A stretch of DNA of 63,918 nucleotides, filler included, from Thraustochytrium aureum (Eukaryota), in NCBI GenBank assembly GCA_012862495.1. It is 7 parts of 4 records of this genome, joined end to end, with 100 filler letters (N's around TTAATTAATTAA, not from the genome) between each part and the next. Parts side by side here need not be neighbours in the genome. Positions count along the whole stretch, not along the records: positions 1 to 17,346 come from BLSG01000335.1; positions 17,447 to 32,895 come from BLSG01000335.1; 5 more parts are not named here. One strand, written 5' to 3'. Shown here piece after piece: positions 12,541-23,625 of this stretch (the stretch's first letter is position 1; every line of letters starts with the position of its first letter). The notes under the pieces were generated by a model, which saw only the letters and a list, made by a program, of their open reading frames with translations, was not told the DNA's origin and did not search any database. Both the position numbers and the translations under genes were made by a program.

Positions 12541-12905
12541 TTTCGACCCAAGAAGGCGCTCCGCGAGGCTGGCGCGGCGCGAGACAACGAAGGCCCCACC
12601 TGGTACCCTCAGCCGCTCCAAGTCGTGCGTGGCGGTTCGCGTAGGCGTTCCTGGTCGTGCTGTGCGACCGTCAACACGTCCGTCTCGACTCGACCTGGAG
12701 GTCTGCGACGGCAAAAGCAGCGTCGCGTATGAATGGGATTTGGGTGACTGACAAGAAAATGGCCGTTGAAGTGGTGAACAAACGAATAAAACGACGGCGG
12801 TCGGCGCGTCGCGGGCCACAGCAGGTCAGCGCGCGAGCGACGCTTGCGGGGTGGGCGCAAGCTTGCGCTCGGCGGCAGCTCCCTCGGCGCCCGTAGAGGG
12901 GAGAT

Positions 12906-14040
12906 TCACATGGCGGCCGCGGCGAGCTCCTGCTGCTCCCGCGCCCGGGTCTCCTCCAAGACGCGCTTGTAGTCGTTCGGCATGACCTTGACAAAGTGGG
13001 TGAGCGAGGTCTCCCAGTCGTCGAGCACGCGCTTGGCCACGGCCGAGCCGGTGTACCGACGGTGCTCCTCGATGAGGCTCCGGAGCTCCTCCTCGTCGGC
13101 AGCGTCAACGGCCTCAAGGCCGACCATCTCCATGTTGCACCTGGCCGGGAAGGCGCCCTCGGGGTCGTACATGTACGCGACCCCGCCGCTCATCCCTGCG
13201 GCAGCGTTGCGACCAGTGGGGCCCAGCACGACGACGCGGCCCCCGGTCATGTACTCGAGCGCGTGGTCGCCAACCCCCCTCGACGACTGCGTCGGCGCCA
13301 GAGTTGCGCACGCAGAAGCGCTCGCCGGCGACGCCACGGGCGAACAGAGAGCCGGAGGTCGCGCCGTAGCAGGCCACATTGCCAATGATGATGTTCTCCT
13401 CTGCCTTGAAGGCGGGCTGCTTGGCAAAGGTCACCTCGTGCGGGTAGACGATGATCTTGCCGCCGGAGAGGCCCTTGCCGACGCCGTCGTTGGCGTCGCC
13501 CTCGACCTCGATGGTGATGCCCTTGGCCAGCACGAAGCCAAGCGACTGGCCGGCGGAGCCGTTCATCTTGATGTGGATGGTGTCGTTCGGGAGGCCTTGG
13601 GGGCCGAACTTGGTCACCACCTTGTTGGACAGCATTGTGCCCGTGGTCCGGTTCAGGTTGTTGACGTCGGTCTCGATGTACACCGCTTGCCCTCAGTGAG
13701 AGCGGGCTGCGAGCGCGCGATGAGGGTGTGGTCGAGCGCGGCCTCGATGCCGTGGTCCTGGGTCATGTTTTGGTACGGAAAGGCGTCGGGGTTGAGCTCC
13801 GAGGCGGGCTGAAGGAGCGGGCTGAGGTCCAGGTTGCGCGACTTGTAGTGCATGCCCTGCTCGTACACCTTGAGCTTGTCCACGCGGCCGATCATGTCGT
13901 CGAGGCGGCGGAAGCCGAGCATGGCCATGTAGGAGCGCACTTCCTCGGCGAGGAACATGAAGAAGTTGATGACGTGCTCAGGCTGGCCGGCAAACTTTTT
14001 GCGCAGCTCCGGGTCCTGCGTGGCGATGCCCACGGGGCAC

Positions 14041-14076
<36 letters not shown>

Positions 14077-17000
14077 ATGGCGATGAGCGGGGTGGTGCTG
14101 AAGCCAAACTCCTCGCGCCCATCAGCGCAGCGATGGTGACGTCGCGGCCGGTCTTCATCTGCCCGTCGGCCTGGAGGCGCACACGGCTGCGAAGGTCGTT
14201 GACCATGAGCGTTTGCTGCGCCTCCGCGATCCCGAGTTCCCACGGGATCCCGGCGCGGTGGATGCCCGTCCAGGCAGCAGCGCCAGTGCCTCCGTCGCCG
14301 CCGGAGACGACGATGTGGTCGGCCTTGGCCTTGGCCACGCCAGCCGCAACGATGCCGACGCCGCACTCGGAGACGAGCTTGACGGAGACCGTGCCGGTCG
14401 GGTTGGAGTTTTTGAGGTCGTGAATGAGCTGCGCGAGGTCCTCGATCGAGTAGATGTCGTGGTGGGGCGGCGGGGAGATGAGGCCCACGCCGGGCGTGGT
14501 TCCGCGGGTCTTGGCGATGAACTCGTCCACCTTGAANNNNNNNNNNNNNNNNNNNNNNNNNNNNNNNNNNNNNNNNNNNNNNNNNNNNNNNNNNNNNNNN
14601 NNNNNNNNNNNNNNNNNNNNNNNNNNNNNNNNNNNNNNNNNNNNNNNNNNNNNNNNNNNNNNNNNNNNNNNNNNNNNNNNNNNNNNNNNNNNNNNNNNNN
14701 NNNNNNNNNNNNNNNNNNNNNNNNNNNNNNNNNNNNNNNNNNNNNNNNNNNNNNNNNNNNNNNNNNNNNNNNNNNNNNNNNNNNNNNNNNNNNNNNNNNN
14801 NNNNNNNNNNNNNNNNNNNNNNNNNNNNNNNNNNNNNNNNNNNNNNNNNNAGCGCTCGTAGGCGACCGGGTCGTGCTCGCGCACGGCGTACTGCAGGTCG
14901 GCCATGCTCTCGGGCGTGTTGTAGTGCGCCTCGCCGTCGTGCCGCCAGTGGTAGTCGCCGGGGTTGGGCAGCAGCGGCACGTGGGCGCGCGCCGCGGCGG
15001 AGCCGCCTCGCTCGCGCGCGGTGTGCGGGAAGGCGCGCGAGTGGTTGGTCTCGACGTCTTGGGCGAGGGCGTCAAAGTTGGCGCCCTCGATGCGGCTCGT
15101 CGTCCCGGTGAAGCACTTGTCGACGACCTCGGAGGCGAGCCCGACAGCCTCGAAGATTTGAGCCCCTTTATAGGACTGGAGCGTGGAGATGCCGATCTTG
15201 CTCATGACCTTTTTCACGCCGAGACCGATCGCCTTGCGGTAGTTGTAGATCGCCTCGTCGTCCGAGATGTCCTTGCGGTAGTTCATCGTGCGAAGACGCC
15301 CCGACCGGTTGAGGTCGCGCAAGGCGTCGTAGGCGACGCGCGGGCAGATCGCGTCTGCGCCAAACCCGAACGAGGTGCAAAAGTCGTGCACCTCGCGCGT
15401 GTCGCCGGCCTCCACGAACAGCGCGCACTGCGTGCGCAGCTTTCTCGTGGATGAGGTGCTGGTGCACAGCCCCCACGGCAAGCAGCGAGGGCACAGGGAC
15501 GCGGCCGTCGGAAACATTCTCGTGCGACAGGACGATGAGGGGCTTCTTGCCCTCCTTGACGGCCTCGGTCGCCTCGGCGCACAGGCGGTCCAGCGCAGCC
15601 TGAAGGCCGGCGCCACCGCCTTCAGACTTGTCATATGTGCAGTCGAGCACTGTGCTGTGCCAGCGGCCCGCAAAGGCAGTTTCGGGGGAATTGGCCGCCT
15701 TGACCATGTCCATCTGCTCGGGCGTCAGGATAGGGTTTTCGAGGACGAGGCGCGCCGCGTGCTCGGGCCCGACATCGAGCAGGTTTTGCTCCGGGCCGAC
15801 GCTGCAGCGGAGCGACATGACGATCTCCTCGCGAATCGGGTCGATCGGCGGGTTGGTGACCTGCGCGAAGAGCTGCTTAAAGTACTCTGTCACGTTCTTT
15901 GGAAGGCGGGAGAGCACGGCGAGCGGGGCGTCGACGCCCATCGAGCCGAGCGCCTCCTTGCCGCCCACGGCCATGGGAGCTAGCAGAAGGTCGAGCGTTT
16001 CCGTGGTGTACCCAAAGGCGTTGAGGCGGCGGCGGAGCTCAAACTGGTCGAGCCCCCTCGGTGCGCTTCGGGCTGGCGGCGCTCTCCCAGGCCTCGAGCG
16101 TCGTCTGGTGGGTGTCGAGCCACTCTTGGTACGGGCGCGCGGTGGCGACGGCGTTCTTGAGCTCCTCGTCGTGCACAATGCGCTCGGTCTCAAAGTCGAC
16201 CAAAAAGACCTTGCCGGGCTCGAGGCGGCCCTTGTGCGTGATGGTGGACGGGTCGAGCGTGGGGAGCAGCCCACCTCGCTGCTGAGGAGCACGTGGTGAT
16301 CGTCGGTGACGTAAAAGCGGCTGGGCCGCAAGCCGTTGCGGTCCAGGCAGGCGCCCACGAAGCGGCCGTCGGTGAAAGCCATCATGGCAGGGCCGTCCCA
16401 GGGCTCCATGATGTTGGCATGGTACTCGTAAAAGGCGCGCTTCGGGCCCGTGATGGACGTGTCTTGCTGCCAGGCCTCCGGGATCATCATCATCATGACC
16501 TCGTGGATGGGGCGCCCCCGCCGCGGGCCAGGAGCTCGAGCACCGAGTCCACGTTGCCCGAGTCGGTCATATTGTCCGAGCAGATCGGCAAGAGACCTTC
16601 CTGCTTGTCGGCGTCGAGGAGCGGGCTGACCATGGTGCGGCTGCGCGCCAGCATCCAGTTCTTGTTGCCGCGCAGGGTGTTGATTTCTCCGTTGTGGCAT
16701 AGCATGCGGTTCGGCTGCGCGCGGTCCCACGAGGGGAACGTGTTGGTGCTGAAGCGCGAGTGCACGAGAGCGAGGTGGCTCTCGAAGCGCGGGCTCACCA
16801 GGTCCAGATAGTACTGCGGGAGCTGCTCCGGGGTCAGCTGCCCCTTGTAGGTGATCGTGCGCCCTGAGAGGCTGCACACGTAAAAGTCGTCCAGGCCGAC
16901 CTCGTGCGTCTCGGCCTCGGCGCATTTGCGGGCGCGCATCAGCTCGCGCTCGAAGGCCTCCGGCTCCAGGCCGGCCGAGTTTTCCACGAACACCTGCTCG

Positions 17001-17346
17001 ATCACGGGCTCGCTCAAGCGCGCGCCCATGCCCAGCATCGCGTTGGACGTGGGCATTGACCGCCAGCCGAGGACCTTGAACCCGTGCGCTGCGAGGTGCT
17101 TTTCGAAGATGCGCTTCGACTCGGCCGCGGCGTCCTCCTCTGTGCTGAGGAAGGTGTTGCCTGCGGCGTAGAGGCCCTTTCCGGGGAGCTTGACGCCCAG
17201 GTCGGTCTCGGCCACGTGCCGCATGTACCCGTCCGGCATGCCGACCAGGATGCCGGCGCCGTCGCCGGTGTTTGCTTCGCAGCCGCAGCCGCCGCGGTGG
17301 CTCATGCGCGCGAGCATCGTGTTGGCGTCGGCCACAATCTTGTGGG
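12906..17346 (-). CDS. gltB: Glutamate synthase (GOGAT) large/alpha subunit, 5'-truncated at a scaffold join, about 7 apparent frameshifts, one gap
   Basis: [80 protein letters not shown], 3Fe-4S motif [24 protein letters not shown] domain, and end [29 protein letters not shown]. Indels at ~16515, 16270, 16055, 15443, 14115, 13685 and 13275. Confidence 0.95.
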
Positions 17347-17446
17347 NNNNNNNNNNNNNNNNNNNNNNNNNNNNNNNNNNNNNNNNNNNNTTAATTAATT
17401 AANNNNNNNNNNNNNNNNNNNNNNNNNNNNNNNNNNNNNNNNNNNN
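17347..17446. other. Artificial scaffold linker (N44-TTAATTAATTAA-N44)
   Basis: Six-frame stop linker at 17391-17402 inside a fixed 100-bp spacer. Confidence 0.95.
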
Positions 17447-19020
17447 ACTTTCCCGAGTTCACCGGCCGCGTCTGCCCCGCGCCTTGCGAAGGCGCCTGCG
17501 TGGCCGGCCTGATCGACGACCCGGTCACGATCAAAAACATGGAGTACGCGATCGTCGACCGCGCCTTCAAGGAGGGGTGGATCGAACCTCGCCTGTTGCC
17601 CCCGAGGACCGCTCGGGGAAAAAGGTCGCCGTGATTGGAAGCGGGCCCGCCGGCCTCGCTGCGGCCGACCAGCTCAACCAGCTCGGCCACTCGGTGACGG
17701 TTTTTCGAGCGCGAGGACGCCGTAGGCGGCCTGCTCTATTACGGGATCCCCAACATGAAGCTGGACAAGCGTACCGTCAACCGCCGCGTCGACCTTCTCC
17801 GCGCCGAGGGAATCGAGTTTCTTGTCAACCAGCACGTCGGCATCAACGTCAACGCCGTTGAGCTTCAGGACAACTACGATGCGGTCGTGCTCGCTGTTGG
17901 CTCCACCAAGCCCCGCCTGCTCAACTGCCCTGGCGCCGACCTCAAAGGCGTCTACCCTGCGATGGACTTCCTCACAGCCAACCAGAAGGACCTCACAGTG
18001 GACAGCAAGGGCAACATCAAGAGCACCTGGGGCGACGAGCTCATCTCCGCCGAGGGGAAGAACGTGGTCGTCGTGGGCGGCGGCGACACCGGGACCGACT
18101 GCATCGGCACCTCGTTGCGCCAGTTCGCAAAGTCGATCACCAACCTCGAGCTCCTTCCCCAAAAGCCGGCCAAGCGCGACCCGCACTCGCACGACAACCC
18201 TTGGCCGCTTTTCCCGCGAACGTCCAAGATGGACTATGGCCACGAGGAGGTCAACGCCATCTTCGGCCAAGACCCGCGCAAGTACGCAATCAACACCAAG
18301 CGGCTTATTGGCGACGACCAGGGCCGCGTCAAGGCCATCGTAACCGTCAAGCTCGCCTGGGACGGCGGCAAGTTTCAGGAGATCCCNNNNNNNNNNNNNN
18401 NNNNNNNNNNNNNNNNNNNNNNNNNNNNNNNNNNNNNNNNNNNNNNNNNNNNNNNNNNNNNNNNNNNNNNNNNNNNNNNNNNNNNNNNNNNNNNNNNNNN
18501 NNNNNNNNNNNNNNNNNNNNNNNNNNNNNNNNNNNNNNNNNNNNNNNNNNNNNNNNNNNNNNNNNNNNNNNNNNNNNNNNNNNNNNNNNNNNNNNNNNNN
18601 NNNNNNNNNNNNNNNNNNNNNNNNNNNNNNNNNNNNNNNNNNNNNNNNNNNNNNNNNNNNNNNNNNNNNNNNNNNNNNNNNNNNNNNNNNNNNNNNNNNN
18701 NNNNNNNNNNNNNNNNNNNNNNNNNNNNNNNNNNNNNNNNNNNNNNNNNNNNNNNNNNNNNNNNNNNNNNNNNNNNNNNNNNNNNNNNNNNNNNNNNNNN
18801 NNNNNNNNNNNNNNNNNNNNNNNNNNNNNNNNNNNNNNNNNNNNNNNNNNNNNNNNNNNNNNNNNNNNNNNNNNNNNNNNNNNNNNNNNNNNNNNNNNNN
18901 NNNNNNNNNNNNNNNNNNNNNNNNNTCTGGGCCATCAACGAGGGTCGCGGGGTGGCGACTGCTGTTGACGATTTTCTCGCTGCCTCTGCCTCTGCAAAGC
19001 AGGGCGCTGGTGCCGCATGA
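17447..19020 (+). CDS. gltD: Glutamate synthase small/beta subunit (NADH-type), 5'-truncated, two apparent frameshifts, gap 18387-18925
   Basis: [83 protein letters not shown]; own stop at 19020. Indels at ~17592 and 17701-17705. Confidence 0.93.
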
Positions 19021-19353
19021 GCGAGCCTCGATCGCTGTTTGGGTGCTGGTGTCGAGGGCAAGCCGAGCGAGGAGCGAGGCGGGCGCGTGGCTGCGACACC
19101 GCGTCGACCGCGTCGCCCGCCTCGCGTCGTGTGGAGTCCGGGTGGCCGGAGTCGCGCTCGCTCTCCCGCCGAGGCGCTGGCATGCAAGCGTCCTATTTCG
19201 AAAGGCAGTAGGCCTCTCTACTCTAGCTAGAGCTAGTTGAGGTGGTTTGCACAAGGAAACAATTGCGTCGCTGTTCTATTCCAAAACCATTGCTTTCGAG
19301 AACGAAAAGGCCAAGAAAGCGGGGTCCTGGCAAGGAAGGCCCCCAGACCGCCA

Positions 19354-22300
19354 TCACCGGTCTGCGTACACGGCGTTGGGGCCCGGACGCTGCACTGCGC
19401 CTTGGCCGCCAGGCGATTGCGCGTCGCGTGACGCCCCATGCGCGCGCAAGTTGCGCAAGCCAGAGTCGAACTTGCGCTCGTGCAGCTCTTGAAGCGGGAG
19501 GTCGGGAAAGATCCTCAGCAAGAGGAGGTCCATCGTCGTGAAGACCAAGTTGTGAACGAGGCTCGGGTGTTGCAGGAACTCGTGCAGTTTGCGGCAACAG
19601 GCGTTCGACTTGGTACGGCCCAGGAACTTTATCATCTGCGGCGGAATCGCCTTGAGCATCTCCTCCAAGCAATCGTCGCGGTTCTTCGCCATGGCCGCGA
19701 CCTCTGCTGCGCTGGGCTCGGCTGCTTCTTCCGACTCGAGAAACGTCCCTCCTGGCCACAACAGCTCGCGCACCGTCCCGAGGAGGTGCGCAAGTATCTC
19801 GGCGCTCGCGCTGCGCGTGTAGTTGTCTTTGAGCCAGCGGTGCGCCGCGCCCTGAAACACGAGTGACACGATGCTGCGCATGACAGAGATCAGGTTTCGG
19901 CGCACAATGTCCAGCTCGTGAAACTCGAATATTTCTTGCGCCAGCTTGAACAGGTGCCCTTCCGCGATGCGGAGCTCATAAGGGTCGATCTTGGGCTCTT
20001 TGTCCCGGTCCTTCCGCTGCATCTTGGCGCCAGCAGCCCCCGCTCGCTGGACGCTCTCTGCNNNNNNNNNNNNNNNNNNNNNNNNNNNNNNNNNNNNNNN
20101 NNNNNNNNNNNNNNNNNNNNNNNNNNNNNNNNNNNNNNNNNNNNNNNNNNNNNNNNNNNNNNNNNNNNNNNNNNNNNNNNNNNNNNNNNNNNNNNNNNNN
20201 NNNNNNNNNNNNNNNNNNNNNNNNNNNNNNNNNNNNNNNNNNNNNNNNNNNNNNNNNNNNNNNNNNNNNNNNNNNNNNNNNNNNNNNNNNNNNNNNNNNN
20301 NNNNNNNNNNNNNNNNNNNNNNNNNNNNNNNNNNNNNNNNNNNNNNNNNNNNNNNNNNNNNNNNNNNNNNNNNNNNNNNNNNNNNNNNNNNNNTATTGCG
20401 CATCGCACGGGTCCGACTCGGTCCTGCAACGCTACAATGGCGCGCTCGCGGCGCTCCGCAAGCAGGCTGTGGCGGTCGGCCCCGACAGCGCCTCCGCGCC
20501 TCTTGAGGTGCACATTTTTGGCCAGCTTGTCAGCGAGCCGCTTGCGCATGCGTCGCAGGCGGTCTTGCTGGCTCGCCCTGACGCCCCTCCCTTCGAGGCT
20601 GCGCCGCACCTCGGCGGCGTACGCCCAGAACCTGTCCAGCTCAAAGTCAAACTCGACCCCGTTCAGCGACGCCAGCATCGGGATCAGCTTGTCGCTGCGC
20701 ACAGCCGCGTTCTCTGTGTAGTGGAGCTCGGTCCAGGCCTTGTCGGCGAGAAGGCAGCTCAGCGCCTCCGCGAGCAACTTGTTCTTGAGCATCATCGCAA
20801 GCCATGCTTTGCCAGGCTGCAGGATTTCTCGGTCAAAGTCCGCGCCTTTGAGCGCGCCGTGCCGCCCATTCGAGCGCCGCTGGTGCGTTCCAGCGCCCAA
20901 GCTGCGCGTCCCAAGGATCCCGCCGCCCTGCTCGTCCTTGGATATTGACACGGTGCTCGCCCGCCGCCCGCCCTTGCTCTCCGCCGAGGCTGAAGAGTCA
21001 GCGGTGTGCCGCGAGCCGGCAGCCTCGATTTCTGAGGCGGTGCTGAAGCTGCTGCTGAAGCGCCTGCGGGGCGAGCGGGGCGAGCGCGGCGAGTGCACTG
21101 CTTGGTCTCCCGGGGCGCTCGTTGGGGTGGGCGCGACGCGATCGCCGCCCGGGGCGTCCTCCCTGTCCAGGTACAACGATTCAACGACGCCGTCGACCAT
21201 GTTGGTCGCCATCGACGCTGTCGGCAAGAGTGTGGTGACATGGCGAACAAACTCCCACCAGGGCTCGCACACCAAAACAGATTCGGCGGCGCTGTCCTCC
21301 TCCTCGATGCCAAGCGGCTCGCGACTCGAGGAAGCGGAGCAAAGGCCGTGGCCCAAGATCGCGTCCAATGCCCGCAGGACTTGGCGCCCAGCCCCCGACT
21401 CTATTCCGAGCGGCGCGTCGGGATCGCTCGTGAAGGCCGACACGCACTCCCCCAACGCAGAGTGTAGCTCAACCTGGAGACGAGCAGCCTCTTCTTTGCG
21501 CATCTCTTTGCTTGCTTCACGGATGAACGCGATGCTTTCAGTGCACTTGTGCTGGTCAAGCTCCTCCTGGGAGGCGCGCCGCGCGAGGAGGTGCTCCTGC
21601 TCGGCGAGTTCGGCTGCCGCGTGGGGCGACGGCGCGCCAGCCGGTGTCGTGGGTTCCGCCTTTGGGCTTTCTCCTTGCGCCTTTGCCTCGGCGGTGCTGG
21701 CCTCGGCGGTGCTGGCCTCGGCGGTGCTGGCCTCGGCGTCCCGCGCTTCGGTGGCGCCGTCCGATTCGGCGCCGCGAAGGGCCTGGAGAATGGCAGTATT
21801 GATCACGTCAGGCGTAACAGACTCGAGCGCTGGGCCAAGCACGTTGCAGGTGAGCACCTCGCGCACGAGGTGGCGCAGCGCGGCGCAGTGATAGTCCTCC
21901 TCTGGCAAAAGGCGAACCAAGAGTTCGCTTGTGATGCTTCGGATGTACGAAATCGTCCGCGGGTCCTCTGGCTGGCCCGTGATGCTGCACGCGGGGTGCA
22001 GGTGGCCTGCTCGCCGAAACTCTTCCAGTAAGAGTTTGTTGCGATCCTCTTGTGCGATGTGGTCAAACTCCTCTGCGGGGTGGCAGCGCTTTCGCGCGCG
22101 CTCGTTCAGCTCGGAAAACCACCGCAAGTGGTGCCGCAAAACGTACGTCATGTCGCACAGCAGGAACATGGGCAAGTTGACGCTGAGAACCCGGTCGCCC
22201 AACTTGCCGAGCACGTTTTGCAGCACGGAGCGCACGTCGTCAGGGAACTGTGGCTCTGCACTGATGCTCTCGTTGTACCAGAACAGGATAAAGTCCTTGA

Positions 22301-22740
22301 CGATGAGGTCAGCAAACAGCCCGAGCTCCAGACAGACGCATAGCGGCAAGTCCCACCGCACGTTGATCATGTCGGCTGTGGAGAGCTGCACAGTCGTCCC
22401 CGAGTTGTCGTGGTCGTGGGCCACTGTCCGCGACGGGTATCGCATTTCCCACTCGGGCGGCCGCTCGGGGACCTGCAGTGTGAGACCGGACCCTCGTGCG
22501 AGACCCGTCCGCGAGCGCATCTCCACGGAGCAGGCTCTCGACAAACCACTCGGCGTTGGTCTTGTTCCCGCGCACGCTGCCGCGGTAAAAGTAGGTCGGT
22601 CGCCGGCCGCGCCTGGGCGAGTCGTTCCTTTCCTGCACGAGGCATAGCCAGTGGAAAACAACGAAAGCCACCAGCACAAAGGCGATCCCACTGAAGACAC
22701 CGCCGACAACCGCCGCAGCCGCGCCGCCGTCCGCCGCCAT
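19354..22740 (-). CDS. Sorting nexin of the SNX13/14/19/25-Mdm1 type: N-terminal TM, PXA, RUN-like domain, probable PX in gap 20062-20393, Nexin_C
   Basis: TM VVGGVFSGIAFVLVAFVVFHWL; PXA motifs ADLIVKDFILFWYNESISAEPQF and LLPEEDYHCAALRHLVREVLTCNVLGP; Nexin_C ELLWPGG...KLHEFLQHPSLVHNLVFTTMDLLLLRIFPDL. One frame change near 22490-22520. Confidence 0.82.
21685..21735. repeat. In-frame 15-bp tandem repeat (AEAST x3) in the sorting nexin
   Basis: gcctcggcggtgctg repeated three times plus a partial copy. Confidence 0.85.
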
Positions 22741-23625
22741 CGTGCCGTCCGCTTGCACGGCACAGACCAGCCCGGAGGCNNNNNNNNNNNNNNNNNNNNN
22801 NNNNNNNNNNNNNNNNNNNNNNNNNNNNNNNNNNNNNNNNNNNNNNNNNNNNNNNNNNNNNNNNNNNNNNNNNNNNNNNNNNNNNNNNNNNNNNNNNNNN
22901 NNNNNNNNNNNNNNNNNNNNNNNNNNNNNNNNNNNNNNNNNNNNNNNNNNNNNNNNNNNNNNNNNNNNNNNNNNNNNNNNNNNNNNNNNNNNNNNNNNNN
23001 NNNNNNNNNNNNNNNNNNNNNNNNNNNNNNNNNNNNNNNNNNNNNNNNNNNNNNNNNNNNNNNNNNNNNNNNNNNNNNNNNNNNNNNNNNNNNNNNNNNN
23101 NNNNNNNNNNNNNNNNNNNNNNNNNNNNNNNNNNNNNNNNNNNNNNNNNNNNNNNNNNNNNNNNNNNNNNNNNNNNNNNNNNNNNNNNNNNNNNNNNNNN
23201 NNNNNNNNNNNNNNNNNNNNNNNNNNNNNNNNNNNNNNNNNNNNNNNNNNNNNNNNNNNNNNNNNNNNNNNNNNNNNNNNNNNNNNNNNNNNNNNNNNNN
23301 NNNNNNNNNNNNNNNNNNNNNNNNNNNNNNNNNNNNNNNNNNNNNNNNNNNNNNNNNNNNNNNNNNNNNNNNNNNNNNNNNNNNNNNNNNNNNNNNNNNN
23401 NNNNNNNNNNNNNNNNNNNNNNNNNNNNNNNNNNNNNNNNNNNNNNNNNNNNNNNNNNNNNNNNNNNNNNNNNNNNNNNNNNNNNNNNNNNNNNNNNNNN
23501 NNNNNNNNNNNNNNNNNNNNNNNNNNNNNNNNNNNNNNNNNNNNNNNNNNNNNNNNNNNNNNNNNNNNNNNNNNNNNNNNNNNNNNNNNNNNNNNNNNNN
23601 NNNNNNNNNNNNNNNNNNNNNNNNN

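Noticed and set aside
17391..17402. TTAATTAATTAA palindrome recurring six times
   Set aside because: It is always centred in exactly 44+44 N. This is an assembly linker with stops in all frames, not biology.
12906..19020. Bacterial contaminant operon gltBD
   Set aside because: Both genes are contiguous with clearly eukaryotic genes on their scaffolds, are divergent rather than co-directional, and share host codon style.
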